In this document: positions 47,375 through 57,109 of the stretch, one piece after another
Position numbering within the stretch: position 1 is the first letter of the stretch
Layout of the letters: every line of letters begins with the position of its first letter
NCBI GenBank assembly: GCA_035699205.1
Contig: DASSBA010000081.1
Coordinates: 2,273-66,272, forward strand
Source: Gemmatimonadales bacterium
GTDB lineage: Bacteria > Gemmatimonadota > Gemmatimonadetes > Gemmatimonadales > GWC2-71-9
Direction: 5' to 3'
Length of the DNA stretch: 64,000 bases
Made by a program: the position numbers and the translations under genes
The notes under the pieces: model-generated
What the model saw: only the letters and a program-made list of their open reading frames with translations
The model's database searches: none
What the model was told of the DNA's origin: nothing

Positions 47375-49744
47375 TCAGCGAAGCGAATGGGCCGGCGCCC
47401 CGCCGTGGTGCTCGAACACCACTACCCCGGTCACCCGCGCTTCGACCGACTCCCAGCGCGGCGTAGGTGCCGGCAGCCGGCCTGTCCACTTTGCAAGTTC
47501 CGCCGCATCGACCTCCGCCAACCGCCGCACCAGCTCCGCTTCTCCCGCGGTGTGACCCCCCGCCACGAATGCGAGGGCGCGCTCCAGCCGCGTGAGCGCC
47601 GGCACGTCCCGCCGCCGCGCCGCCTCGCGCACGGATGCCTGCAGCCGCGCGGCCAGCCGGCGGGCGCTCGGCTCGGGCTCGGCGGCCGTCCATCGGCGCG
47701 CGCCCGCCACCGCGAGCCGTGCCCGGATCGGCGCCGTGAGTCTGTCGAGCGCCCGCCCGAGCACCGCTGCCGGCGGCGCGCAGCGTGCTCCGCTCCGCGC
47801 TGCCTCGACCAGCCGCCGGGTCACCGTTTCTTCATCCTCGAACCACCGCCCCGCGAAGTCCAGCCAGCCCACTGCCGCCGCGATCCGCTCGACCGCGCCA
47901 TCCCGCCGCCCCAGCAGTTCGAACCCGGCGAGCACGCCGCGGCTGCCACTGCACACGAGCGCCGTGCCCGGTGCCGACGGGCCCGCGACCATCCGGTCCG
48001 CCAGTGCCGACCGCCAGCGCCACAGGCGGACGCCGTCGGGGCCGAGCCCGGCGCGCCCGGGGAGCGCGGCCTTCCGCGCGAGCCGCTCTCCGAGTCGCAG
48101 GGCGGCGTCGAGCGAGGGTGGGGGAAGGAAGCGCACCACCGCGATGCGGTCGTTCGCCGAGCCCAGCCGAACCGTCCGCCCCTCACGCTGCTCCAGCCGC
48201 ATCGGTGTCCATGGCAGGTCGTAGTGCACCACGCGCTCCGCGCGCCGGAGATCGAGTCCTTCGGCCGCCACATCGGTGACAACCAGACATCGCGGCGCGG
48301 CGTGCGACACCTCGGCAGGTGGCTGCTCCCGGAACCAGTCCAGCACCGCCGACCTCGGAAGCGGTGCGCGGCCGATCCCGGCACGCTCGCCGGTGCACCA
48401 GGCGACGGGTGGAGGACCGAGCCGGTCGCGCAGGTGACGCACCGTCTCCCGTCTGGCCGTGAAGACCAGCGTCGGCACGCCGTCGGCCAGGACGGCGCGC
48501 AGGCGCTCGAGCTTCGGGTCCGCTCCGGTGGCGCCCGCCGTGGCGCCCGCGATCACCGCGTCCAGCGTCGCGAGGTCTTCCAGCGCGAGCTCGACCTCGC
48601 TGCCGCCCTGGCGGACGGCAACCAGTTCCCACAGTACCAGCTGGTCATCCAGCTCGCCGGCGAACGTCCGGAGCTCCGCCCGCGAGAGCGCGCGCCCCGC
48701 CTGCCGCGCGTCCCGGGCGTGGAGCAGCAGCCCGCGATACCGCCTGAGCGCGGCCGCCAGCGCGGCGGGGCTCGACCCCGCGGCACGCTGCAGCACGCTC
48801 CGCACGAGCGCGGCGGTCGGCGGGTGGCGCGAGAGGCGAAGACCCGCGAGCAGCTCGAGCGCGCCCGCCACGGCCAGACCCTCCGCCTCGCTGGCCGGGC
48901 TGGTGCCGAAAGCCCGGATGGGACGCGGGCCGGCCTCTGCGGTGTCCTCGATGACGAGGGCCCCGAGCGCCGACGTGCCCGCGCCCGACGCCAGTGACGC
49001 CCTGAGCGACACCACGCCGTCCGGCAGCAGCGCGTCATCCCGCACGCCGAGCAGGAGCTGGTGGGCCAGGTCGTCCAGCCGGTTGACTAGCGGCGTCGCG
49101 CTCAGGAGCAGGACCGGCCGTCCGATCAGCCACGGCGCCACGTGGGCGTATCGCCTGGTGCGTGGATGGCGGAAGTGGTGGCTCTCGTCGATGACGACGA
49201 GCCCGGCGGTGCCGGCCGGCAGCCGGCCGCGGCTGGCCTGTTCATGACTCCCCACCTCGACCGCAATGCCCAACCGTGCCGCGACCAGACGCCATTGCGT
49301 CGCGAGCGTGGCCGGAACGAGGCATGCAGTCGGGCGTCGGCGCTGCAGCGCGGCGGCCACGGCGAGCGCCACGTACGTCTTCCCGCTACCCACCGGTTCC
49401 GCCAGCAGAGCGCCGCCGAACCGCTCGATGGCCGCCAGCGCGCGACGGTAGCTCCGCGCCTGGCCGGCCAGCAGCCATGCCGGCGGAGGGACCACCCGTT
49501 CGGCCGGGAGCAGGCTCGCGGCCAGCGCCCGCGCGACGTGGCCGGCCGCTGCCGCCGGCCCGGCCGTGAGTCCCGTGCGGAGCGGGTCGGCGACCGCGAC
49601 CAGCGCCTCAGCGACGATCCGCGGCGCCCAGCACGGCGCGGTCGCGGGTCGAGAGGGCAAGGTGTCGGGCCACGGTCTCATCCAGGGCCTCCTGAACGTC
49701 CTCCCCTCGCCGGCCTGCCCGAGCGAGCGCGGAGAGCTGGGCAT
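47375..49744 (-). CDS. SNF2/DEAD-like superfamily 2 helicase with an unknown C-terminal domain of about 300 aa
   Basis: Motif I EPVGSGKT, II VIDESHH, III LSATP, VI QREGRTVR. Start uncertain (ATG 49744 or ATG 49681). Overlaps the upstream MTase gene by 74-137 nt. Confidence 0.8.
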   Translation of the reverse strand: MPSSPRSLGQAGEGRTFRRPWMRPWPDTLPSRPATAPCWAPRIVAEALVAVADPLRTGLTAGPAAAAGHVARALAASLLPAERVVPPPAWLLAGQARSYRRALAAIERFGGALLAEPVGSGKTYVALAVAAALQRRRPTACLVPATLATQWRLVAARLGIAVEVGSHEQASRGRLPAGTAGLVVIDESHHFRHPRTRRYAHVAPWLIGRPVLLLSATPLVNRLDDLAHQLLLGVRDDALLPDGVVSLRASLASGAGTSALGALVIEDTAEAGPRPIRAFGTSPASEAEGLAVAGALELLAGLRLSRHPPTAALVRSVLQRAAGSSPAALAAALRRYRGLLLHARDARQAGRALSRAELRTFAGELDDQLVLWELVAVRQGGSEVELALEDLATLDAVIAGATAGATGADPKLERLRAVLADGVPTLVFTARRETVRHLRDRLGPPPVAWCTGERAGIGRAPLPRSAVLDWFREQPPAEVSHAAPRCLVVTDVAAEGLDLRRAERVVHYDLPWTPMRLEQREGRTVRLGSANDRIAVVRFLPPPSLDAALRLGERLARKAALPGRAGLGPDGVRLWRWRSALADRMVAGPSAPGTALVCSGSRGVLAGFELLGRRDGAVERIAAAVGWLDFAGRWFEDEETVTRRLVEAARSGARCAPPAAVLGRALDRLTAPIRARLAVAGARRWTAAEPEPSARRLAARLQASVREAARRRDVPALTRLERALAFVAGGHTAGEAELVRRLAEVDAAELAKWTGRLPAPTPRWESVEARVTGVVVFEHHGGAPAHSLR

Positions 49745-52643
49745 CGGCCGGAACCCCGGCCGGCAGCGGCAGCCGGCTCACGATTCCCGCGCTGAACCGG
49801 TGAAAGCCGCCGGCGGCGGGTACCGCTCCCAGCCGGGCCACGGCGCGGATCCAGCGCGAGTTGAGCCAGGCGGCCAGGCGCTCGGCCACCTCGGCGGTGG
49901 GCACGGCCGCCACATAGCAGGTGTTGAGGGGGATGCTGGCGGCGTCACGCCGGCCGGTGAGCGCGGCGGCGGTGAGCCGCCGCGCGAGATCCGACCAGGC
50001 CACGCGGTGGAGGGCGGCTGCCGCGCCGGTCCGGAAGAGCGTCCACGGCGGACCGCCGTCGAAGTCGGTTCGCGCGCGGAGCGCCGGCTCGTGGGGCGCG
50101 AGATACGCCGCGGCGGCCGGCGGAAGGCAGCCGAGCGGCGTGCCGTCCGCGCCGTGGGTCCACAGCAGCCGGACGCGCGGACATGCGCGGAACGGGCGCA
50201 GGTCGCGCCCGCGCACCGCCCAGCGCACCAGCTCGGCCTCGATGTCCCCCGGCGGATCCAGGAAGATCCGATTGGCGCCGGTCTTGACGCCGAGGCGGCA
50301 GCTGAACCGCTCGCCCAGCGCGGGGTGGTCCCGCGCCAGCCCGGTGACGATGGCGCGCGATCGGTCGGCGGAAAGAATCCACGGCTGGCCGCCCCTGAGC
50401 GTGGCCTGCGGTACCGTCGTCCGCGTGCCTTCCAGGCTGGTGCGTACGCGATGACCGCCTGGCGGCGGCGACTTGCGCGCCACGAGCGCCAGCGGATAGA
50501 CCGTTGCGTCGAACGCCGCATCGGGCCGGCCGGTCAGGTCGGCCACGTGAAGCAGTGTCGTGGACGCGGCCAGCGCATGACGGGCGGCGGCACCGTATCC
50601 CGCGGTCGCGAGCTTGGCCGGCACGAGGAGCGCGATGACTCCGCCCTCCGCCGTCAGCTCGACGGCGCGCTCGAGGAAGGCGATGGCGAGGTCGGGCCGG
50701 TGCCCGAACCCCGCGTCCGCGCCACGCCACCAGCGGTATCGCCCCTCGAGCCGGCGCCGCATCTCGGCCGGGATTTCCTCGGCGCGGAGCCATGGCGGGT
50801 TGCCGGCAACGATGCTGAATCCGCCCGCCGCGAAGACGTCGGCAAAGTGGCTCCGGTACTGGAACCAGGGCACCTCGCGCTCGCGCGCGAGCGCTCGCCG
50901 CGCGGCGCGGAGCCCGCGCAGCTCGGCCCGGGCTTCGACGAGCCCGGCCCGGAGCTCGCGGTCCATTCCCCGTCGCTCGCCGAACAGATCGACGCTCCGC
51001 GCCATCCGAAGGCGCTCGGCGATGTCGGCCCGGAGTTCCGACTCTGCCGCCTCGAGTGCCACGGCCGCCGCGCGTGACTCCGCCGTCCGGAGCTCCCGCA
51101 CCAATTCGCGTTTGCCGCTGCCGGTGGCGATGACCAGCCGGCGCCGGAGCCGCGCGATCGACTCTGCCAGGCGTGCATCGGGGCTCCGGATGCGCGCAGC
51201 GCTCCCCGGCTCGAACAGACTGTCGCCCTGGCGGATCAGGCAGTCGAGGTTAGGCAGCGGTTCGACCCGGTCCGGGCATTGCTCCCGGTCGTCCGCGATG
51301 ACCGCGAGCCAGAGGCGGAGCTCCGTCAGCCGCACCGCCGCGGCGCTCCGGTCGACCCCGAAGAGATTGCGCTGCAGGATTCGCCGTCGGCCGGACGCTG
51401 TGGGATTGCCGTCGGGGGCGGCGTACGACGACAGCAGATCGAGCGCTCCCAGCAGGAATGCCCCGGAGCCGACGGCGGGGTCGAGCACGGTGAGCCGGTC
51501 GACCACTGCCCGTGCCGCGACGTCGCGATCGGCCAGCCTCCGCTCCGCTTCGGCCTCCCCGCAGCCGAGCCGCCCGGCCACGGCCGCCTCGAGCGCGGTG
51601 TCGAGCAGCTTCCGGACGAGGCCGGCGGGGGTGTAAAAGGTTCCCGATGCCCGGCGCACGTCGGGCGCCATTACCCCCTCGAACACCCGACCCAGCATGT
51701 CCGGCGCGACGCCGGTGCGCTGGCCGTGCTCGGAGACGGTGAAGTGAAACCGCTCGAACAGCCGGTCGAAGGCATCCCGCCAGAGCGGGTTGGGGATGTC
51801 GCCGCGGAGCGAGCGCTCGAGCGGATGGGGCTCGAACAGCCCGCCATTGAGGAATGGCACGGCGCCGAACGCGGCGGCGCCGCGGCTCCGCTCCGCGGCG
51901 GGACGGTTGAGCGTTCCGAAGAACAGCGGGCGGAGCAGGTCGCGATGGATGCCGCGCTTCCGCACCAGGCAGCGGTCTACCTCCTCGGCGAGAAACCGGT
52001 CCCGCCCGGCGAGCCAGCCTTTGGCCTGGATGAAGTAGAGGAAGAGGACGCGGGTGAGCTGGAGCAGAGCCAGGCTGCGCCGCTCCTCGCCGTGGGCCGC
52101 GGTGGGCAGGCCTTCCGCCATGCGGTCGAGCGTCGCCCTGAACTCGCGGAAGAAGCGGCCGCCGGCCGCTTCTCCGCTCAGGGCGTCCGCCGCGCGGGCG
52201 GCGTAGGCCAGCGCGCCGCCCGGGCCCGGCGCGGCGAGCCGGCCGAGCGCGGCGAGCGCGGCGCCCCGCGGCCGGTCGAGCTCCAGTGCGATCGAGGGGG
52301 TGCCGTCGAACGCGATGGCGACGGCAAGCCGCCGCTCGGCGGCGTCGAGCGCCAGCACTCCCGCGATCCTTCCCCGGGCCGCGAGCCGTCGCGCCACCCG
52401 GCGCGCGAGCCGCTCGGGATCGGCGCCGGCGACCGCGAACCAGGGGAACTCGCCGGCGCGCGCGACCGCCACCGCGATGGTGCCGACGTGGCGTGTACCC
52501 GCTCCGGTCAGACCCGGCACCGGGTCATGCAGCGGCTCGTGGCCGAGCGCCGCCAGCAGCTCGCTCAGGTCATCGATCGAGCGGACCCGCTCGATCAGGG
52601 GACCGAGCTCCACGCGGCACTCCCGGATTGGAGGAGCGCGCAC
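49608..52643 (-). CDS. Eco57I/PglX-like N6-adenine DNA methyltransferase (type IIG-like architecture, 1011 aa)
   Basis: Motifs FLNGGLFE, GTFYTP, SAM motif VLDPAVGSGAFLL and catalytic NPPW (IVAGNPPWLRAE). Confidence 0.8.
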   Translation of the reverse strand: MRAPPIRECRVELGPLIERVRSIDDLSELLAALGHEPLHDPVPGLTGAGTRHVGTIAVAVARAGEFPWFAVAGADPERLARRVARRLAARGRIAGVLALDAAERRLAVAIAFDGTPSIALELDRPRGAALAALGRLAAPGPGGALAYAARAADALSGEAAGGRFFREFRATLDRMAEGLPTAAHGEERRSLALLQLTRVLFLYFIQAKGWLAGRDRFLAEEVDRCLVRKRGIHRDLLRPLFFGTLNRPAAERSRGAAAFGAVPFLNGGLFEPHPLERSLRGDIPNPLWRDAFDRLFERFHFTVSEHGQRTGVAPDMLGRVFEGVMAPDVRRASGTFYTPAGLVRKLLDTALEAAVAGRLGCGEAEAERRLADRDVAARAVVDRLTVLDPAVGSGAFLLGALDLLSSYAAPDGNPTASGRRRILQRNLFGVDRSAAAVRLTELRLWLAVIADDREQCPDRVEPLPNLDCLIRQGDSLFEPGSAARIRSPDARLAESIARLRRRLVIATGSGKRELVRELRTAESRAAAVALEAAESELRADIAERLRMARSVDLFGERRGMDRELRAGLVEARAELRGLRAARRALAREREVPWFQYRSHFADVFAAGGFSIVAGNPPWLRAEEIPAEMRRRLEGRYRWWRGADAGFGHRPDLAIAFLERAVELTAEGGVIALLVPAKLATAGYGAAARHALAASTTLLHVADLTGRPDAAFDATVYPLALVARKSPPPGGHRVRTSLEGTRTTVPQATLRGGQPWILSADRSRAIVTGLARDHPALGERFSCRLGVKTGANRIFLDPPGDIEAELVRWAVRGRDLRPFRACPRVRLLWTHGADGTPLGCLPPAAAAYLAPHEPALRARTDFDGGPPWTLFRTGAAAALHRVAWSDLARRLTAAALTGRRDAASIPLNTCYVAAVPTAEVAERLAAWLNSRWIRAVARLGAVPAAGGFHRFSAGIVSRLPLPAGVPADAQLSALARAGRRGEDVQEALDETVARHLALSTRDRAVLGAADRR

Positions 52644-52744
52644 GATACGGCCGGGCCTTCAAGGTGCCGGGATCATTCCCGCGCATTCCGGGTCGCCGTC
52701 GTTCGCCGCTGGACGGTGGCGGGCGCCGTCCTTATCCTCAACGC

Positions 52745-53440
52745 ATGCGACTCGACTCCCGCTGGTTCGCCAGCCTCCTGGCCGTGGCCTTTCTCCCCGC
52801 GTCTCCCGCGCTCCCACGGCGCACCCCCCCGGCCGGCCCGCCGGTGTCGGACAGCGGCGCCTTCGTGATCCGCCACGCCGCCGACACCGTCGCCATCGAG
52901 CGATTTGCCAGGACGCCCACCGGGCTCACCGGCACCCTCGAGATCCGCAACTCGAAGAGCACGTCCCAGAGCTACAAGGCGGTGGTGGCGCCGGACGCGT
53001 CGGTGGCGCTGATCGAGGTGACGGTGAAGGAGCGGCCGATAAAGGATGCCGAGGTAAGGGTGGTCCATAGCGCCCGGGTCGTTTTCAAGGAGGACAGCGC
53101 GGCGGTGGACGACATGTCGCAGCGCGGCCTCCAGACCCGCGTCTTCGGGACCGAGCGGGGCGCCGTGCCGTACCTCAATCTTTCGTTCGCCCTGATCGAG
53201 CAGGCGGTGCTCCGCTCGCGTGCTCCGGGCGCGACGGCGGGGCTCGTGCCGCTGTTCAACCTTGGCGGCGGTGAGCGCGGCGGCGGCCAGACGCTGGACG
53301 CGAAGGTCTCACCCCTCGGCGGCGATTCGCTGCTGGTGGCCATCGGGAACATCGAATTCCGTTTGCGGATCGATCCGGCCGGTCGGGTGCTCGGGGCGCG
53401 GATCCCGGCGCAGGATGTGGTGGTGGAGCGGACGTCGTAG
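52745..53440 (+). CDS. Secreted hypothetical protein
   Basis: Signal-like N-terminus MRLDSRWFASLLAVAFLPASPA, beta-rich sequence, no motifs recognised. Confidence 0.5.
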   Translation: MRLDSRWFASLLAVAFLPASPALPRRTPPAGPPVSDSGAFVIRHAADTVAIERFARTPTGLTGTLEIRNSKSTSQSYKAVVAPDASVALIEVTVKERPIKDAEVRVVHSARVVFKEDSAAVDDMSQRGLQTRVFGTERGAVPYLNLSFALIEQAVLRSRAPGATAGLVPLFNLGGGERGGGQTLDAKVSPLGGDSLLVAIGNIEFRLRIDPAGRVLGARIPAQDVVVERTS

Positions 53441-53469
53441 CTGGCCTCGGCACGGTCCCTCGTTCCGGC

Positions 53470-54636
53470 TCACCTCTCTCCGGTCTGCATCCGCTCCCCC
53501 TCCCGCTCGTACACCCTCCCACGCCACTCGACCCGCCGCGAGCCGCGCCAGACGGACCGCGCGAAGATGTAGAGCGCCATCGCCGCGCCCGCCGGGTACA
53601 AGAGTCCGTACAGCATCGGGATCTTCATCCCGTACGACACCAGTGCCCAGAAGAGCGCGCTGAGCCCCAGCGCTGCCGCTGCCGCCCTCTGGAGGCCGGC
53701 CACGTCGGCCCCGAGCGCGCCGGCGAGAAGCACCGCGGGCGGTACCAGCCAGAAGACCGTCGCCGCCGCGAGCATCACCGGCACCAGTGCGCGCAGGACC
53801 GGCTCGTCGGGGAACGAGCGGCGGCCGCCGAGATAGACGTTCTTCGACCATCCCTCGACGAGCTGCCGGAGATTCCGGTACATCCGCGTCTCCATCAGCC
53901 GCTCCGCGAACGCGAAGTGGAGACGGCGGCCGTGCCGCAGATACGCCTGCGCCAGCGCCAGGTCCTCCGCCACTGCGCCGCGCACCGCCCCGTGTCCGCC
54001 AACGGACTCATAGGCGGCTCGCGTGGTCAGGATGAACTGGCCGTTGGCGATGACGTCGCGGGGGCGGCGCGCCCGGTTCACCCGCCGCGGATGATACCGA
54101 AGCCCCAGCAGAAGCCAGATCTGCGGCATGACGACCCGCTCCCAGAACCCCAGGCAGAGCTGGCGCGGCGCGACCGTGACCAGGTCGGCCTGCTCCCGCC
54201 GGAGCGCCGCGACCGCGCGGCCGAGCAGCTCGGGCGCGTGGCGCGTGTCGGCGTCGGTGAAGAGGAGCAGCTCGCCCCTGGCCGCGCGGAATCCCTGCTC
54301 GCATGCCCAGGGCTTGCCGTACCACCCACCGGGCAGTGGCGTGCCGCGTACCAGGCGCACGCGCGGGTCTGCCGCCGCGAGCCGCTCGACCGTCGCCGCA
54401 GTCCCGTCGGTCGAGCGGTCATCCACGACGAGCAGCTCGAACGGCCGGTACCGGGAGGCAAGAATGGAGCGGACGACGGTCTCGATCGTCTCCGCCTCGT
54501 TGCGGGCGGGGATGATGACGGAGACCGGAATCCCCTCGACCGGAGGGACGTCGCTCAGATTGGGATGCGCCCAGGCGAGGCGGAACAGTGCGGCGTACGG
54601 CGCGAGCCAGGGCAGCGCCGGAAGCAGGTCGACCAT
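53470..54636 (-). CDS. Membrane-bound glycosyltransferase family 2
   Basis: VSVIIPARNE, VVDDRSTDGT and FTDADT (DxD) motifs, C-terminal TM segments. Confidence 0.85.
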   Translation of the reverse strand: MVDLLPALPWLAPYAALFRLAWAHPNLSDVPPVEGIPVSVIIPARNEAETIETVVRSILASRYRPFELLVVDDRSTDGTAATVERLAAADPRVRLVRGTPLPGGWYGKPWACEQGFRAARGELLLFTDADTRHAPELLGRAVAALRREQADLVTVAPRQLCLGFWERVVMPQIWLLLGLRYHPRRVNRARRPRDVIANGQFILTTRAAYESVGGHGAVRGAVAEDLALAQAYLRHGRRLHFAFAERLMETRMYRNLRQLVEGWSKNVYLGGRRSFPDEPVLRALVPVMLAAATVFWLVPPAVLLAGALGADVAGLQRAAAAALGLSALFWALVSYGMKIPMLYGLLYPAGAAMALYIFARSVWRGSRRVEWRGRVYEREGERMQTGER

Positions 54637-54666
54637 CGGTCTCGGGATCCGGCGGAGCCGCGCCGG

Positions 54667-55230
54667 CTACTGCGCCTGCTTCCTGGCGAAGGCGTGGAGC
54701 TGCAGCTCGATCGCGTCGAGCTGGCGCTCGACTTCCAGGGCGTCGTACTCGGTGCCGAACGAGGGCACGCCGTTCTGCGCGAACAGCGTGGCGACCAGCG
54801 CGTCGGTGTATCCCACCACCGCGACGGCGATCCCCTTGTCGATGACGCGGTTGAGGCGGAGCATGATGGCCATCCCCTGCCGGGCACGCACGGCGGCGAG
54901 CACCGGAGCGAGGTTCCGGATCAGCAGCTCGCGGAGGAACTGCAGCTCCTCCACCACTTCGCCGGCCGCGAGCCCGCGGGTCGAGGCCATCCGCCCGTAG
55001 TGCTCGCAGGCATGCAGCCACACGGCCCCGACCTCGCGGCGGAGCGGGCCGACCATCTCGCTGATGATGTCGATCAGGATGCGGAACTCCCGCTCGACGA
55101 GCGGCCGCGGTATCGTGGGAGCGCCGGTGATCCGGTCGCCGAGCCAGTCCGCCCACTGGGCGACCATCTGGTCCCGCAGCTCGGCGATGACGCGGCCGGC
55201 GGCGAGCAACGCGGGCTGCGAAGCGCGCAC
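54667..55230 (-). CDS. RsbRD-N-like helical sensor domain protein
   Basis: The pattern AELRDQMVAQWADWL...EELQFLRELL resembles the RsbR N-terminal non-heme globin-like domain. GTG 55230 is preceded by GGGAGG. Confidence 0.45.
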   Translation of the reverse strand: MRASQPALLAAGRVIAELRDQMVAQWADWLGDRITGAPTIPRPLVEREFRILIDIISEMVGPLRREVGAVWLHACEHYGRMASTRGLAAGEVVEELQFLRELLIRNLAPVLAAVRARQGMAIMLRLNRVIDKGIAVAVVGYTDALVATLFAQNGVPSFGTEYDALEVERQLDAIELQLHAFARKQAQ

Positions 55231-55278
55231 TACCGTCCTCCCTGGAAAAGGTGGGATCAATCTAACCGTGGAGCGTTC

Positions 55279-56241
55279 ATGGGGTCAAAACCGCTGGTCC
55301 GTCCTCCACGCCTCGCGCCCGGGATTCGGATGGCGCTCGTGGCGCCGGCGGGACCCCTGCTGGAACGGGATGATCTAACGCGCGCGGAAACGCTCTGCCG
55401 TGCGCTGGGGTACGAGCCGGTGCCGGGGCCGCATGCGGGCGGCCGGTATGGCTATTTCTCCGGCACCGACGAGGAGCGCCTGGCCGATCTCAACGGTGCC
55501 TTCCGCGATCCTGCGATCGACGCGGTCTGGTGCATCCGCGGCGGCTACGGGGTGACCCGGATCCTCGAACATGTGGACTTCGAGGCGCTCGCCCGCCGCC
55601 CGCGTGCCGTCATCGGTTACTCCGACATCACGGCACTGCTGGCCGGCATCACCCGGCGCGCCGGCCTCGTCGCCTTTCACGCGCCCACCGCACGCGCCGA
55701 GATGCCCGGCTTCAGCCGCAGACACTTCGCCCGGGTGCTCACGGCCGCGGAGCCGGCAGGGACGCTCGAGTCGCTGCCCGTGCCGGCCGACGTGCTGGTG
55801 CCGCGGGAGAACCGGATCGTGACGATTCGCGGGGGCGTGGCCGAGGGACCGCTCGCGGGCGGCAATCTCACCCTGCTCCAGTGCCTGATCGGCACGCGAT
55901 TTCTCCCGGATCTCGATGGTGCGCTGCTGGTTCTCGAAGACGTCAACGAGGAGTTGTACCGCATCGACCGGATGCTGGCCCATCTCCGCCTGGCGGGCGC
56001 GCTGACCCGGATTCGCGGGGTCCTGATCGGCCGCTTCAGCGGACTCGAACGCCACAACGCCGACGGCGCGCTCGGCCTCGATGAGGTACTCGAGCATCAT
56101 TTCGGACCGCTCGGTGTGCCGGTGGCCCACGGGCTGCCGATCGGGCACATCGATGATCAATGGACCGTGCCGCTCGGCGTGCGTGCGCGGTTCGACGCGG
56201 ACGCGGGCGTGGTGGAGCTGCTGGAGTCGGCCGTGGGGTGA
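55279..56241 (+). CDS. ldcA: LD-carboxypeptidase (peptidase S66)
   Basis: Motifs ALVAPAGP, IRGGYG and GYSDITAL (nucleophile Ser). C-terminus has the GLPIGH motif. Confidence 0.8.
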   Translation: MGSKPLVRPPRLAPGIRMALVAPAGPLLERDDLTRAETLCRALGYEPVPGPHAGGRYGYFSGTDEERLADLNGAFRDPAIDAVWCIRGGYGVTRILEHVDFEALARRPRAVIGYSDITALLAGITRRAGLVAFHAPTARAEMPGFSRRHFARVLTAAEPAGTLESLPVPADVLVPRENRIVTIRGGVAEGPLAGGNLTLLQCLIGTRFLPDLDGALLVLEDVNEELYRIDRMLAHLRLAGALTRIRGVLIGRFSGLERHNADGALGLDEVLEHHFGPLGVPVAHGLPIGHIDDQWTVPLGVRARFDADAGVVELLESAVG

Positions 56242-56270
56242 TCCGCCACACCTGTTGTTAGCTTTCACCA

Positions 56271-57107
56271 ATGGCCACCCCCTCCCTCACACGTCACCGG
56301 CTCGCGGGCGCCCTCGGCGAGATCCTGGTCGACGTACGCGCCGCGGGCCGGGACGCACCGCGGCCGGCCGTGGTCGTGGTGCATGGATTCAAGGGTTTCA
56401 AGGACTGGGGGTTGTGGCCCTCGCTCGCCGAGCGGCTGGCCCGGGCCGGGTTCTCCGCCATCACGCTCAACCTGAGCGGCAGCGGCGTGGACGACACCGG
56501 CGAATTCGTCTTTCCCGAACGCTTCGGTCACAACACGTTTTCGGCCGAGCTGCAAGACCTGCGCCGGGTAGTCGATGCGCTGGTCGCGGGCGAGCTTGGC
56601 GTGGCGCCTCCGACCGCGCTGGGTCTGCTCGGCCACTCGCGCGGCGGCGGGATCGCCATCCTACACGCGGCGGAGGATTCGCGGGTGCGGGCGCTCGTCA
56701 CCTGGGCCGCGATCTCGACGGTCGAGCGGTGGCCCCCGGCGACGCGGGCATCGTGGCGGGCGGCCGGCGTCAGCCCGGTCGAGAACGCCCGCACCCATCA
56801 GGTGCTCCCACTCTACCCCGACGTACTCGACGACATCGAACGGAACGCCGAGGCCCTCGACATCGAGGCTGCGGCCGGGCGAATCGCCGCGCCCTGGCTC
56901 ATCGTGCACGGGAGTGAGGACGAAGCCGTCGCGCTCGCCGAGGGCCGGCTCCTGGCGTCGGCCGCGCCGCCCGGCACCAGCCGGTTCCTCGAAATCGAGG
57001 GCACCGGGCACACCTTCGGCGCCGCGCATCCGTGGAGCGGCGCCACCCCCGAGCTCGAGCGGGCCCTCAACGCGACCCTTGCCTTCTTCTCCGCGGAGCT
57101 CCGCTAG
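56271..57107 (+). CDS. Alpha/beta hydrolase
   Basis: VVVHGFKGF and nucleophile elbow GHSRGG. Confidence 0.75.
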   Translation: MATPSLTRHRLAGALGEILVDVRAAGRDAPRPAVVVVHGFKGFKDWGLWPSLAERLARAGFSAITLNLSGSGVDDTGEFVFPERFGHNTFSAELQDLRRVVDALVAGELGVAPPTALGLLGHSRGGGIAILHAAEDSRVRALVTWAAISTVERWPPATRASWRAAGVSPVENARTHQVLPLYPDVLDDIERNAEALDIEAAAGRIAAPWLIVHGSEDEAVALAEGRLLASAAPPGTSRFLEIEGTGHTFGAAHPWSGATPELERALNATLAFFSAELR

Positions 57108-57109
57108 CC

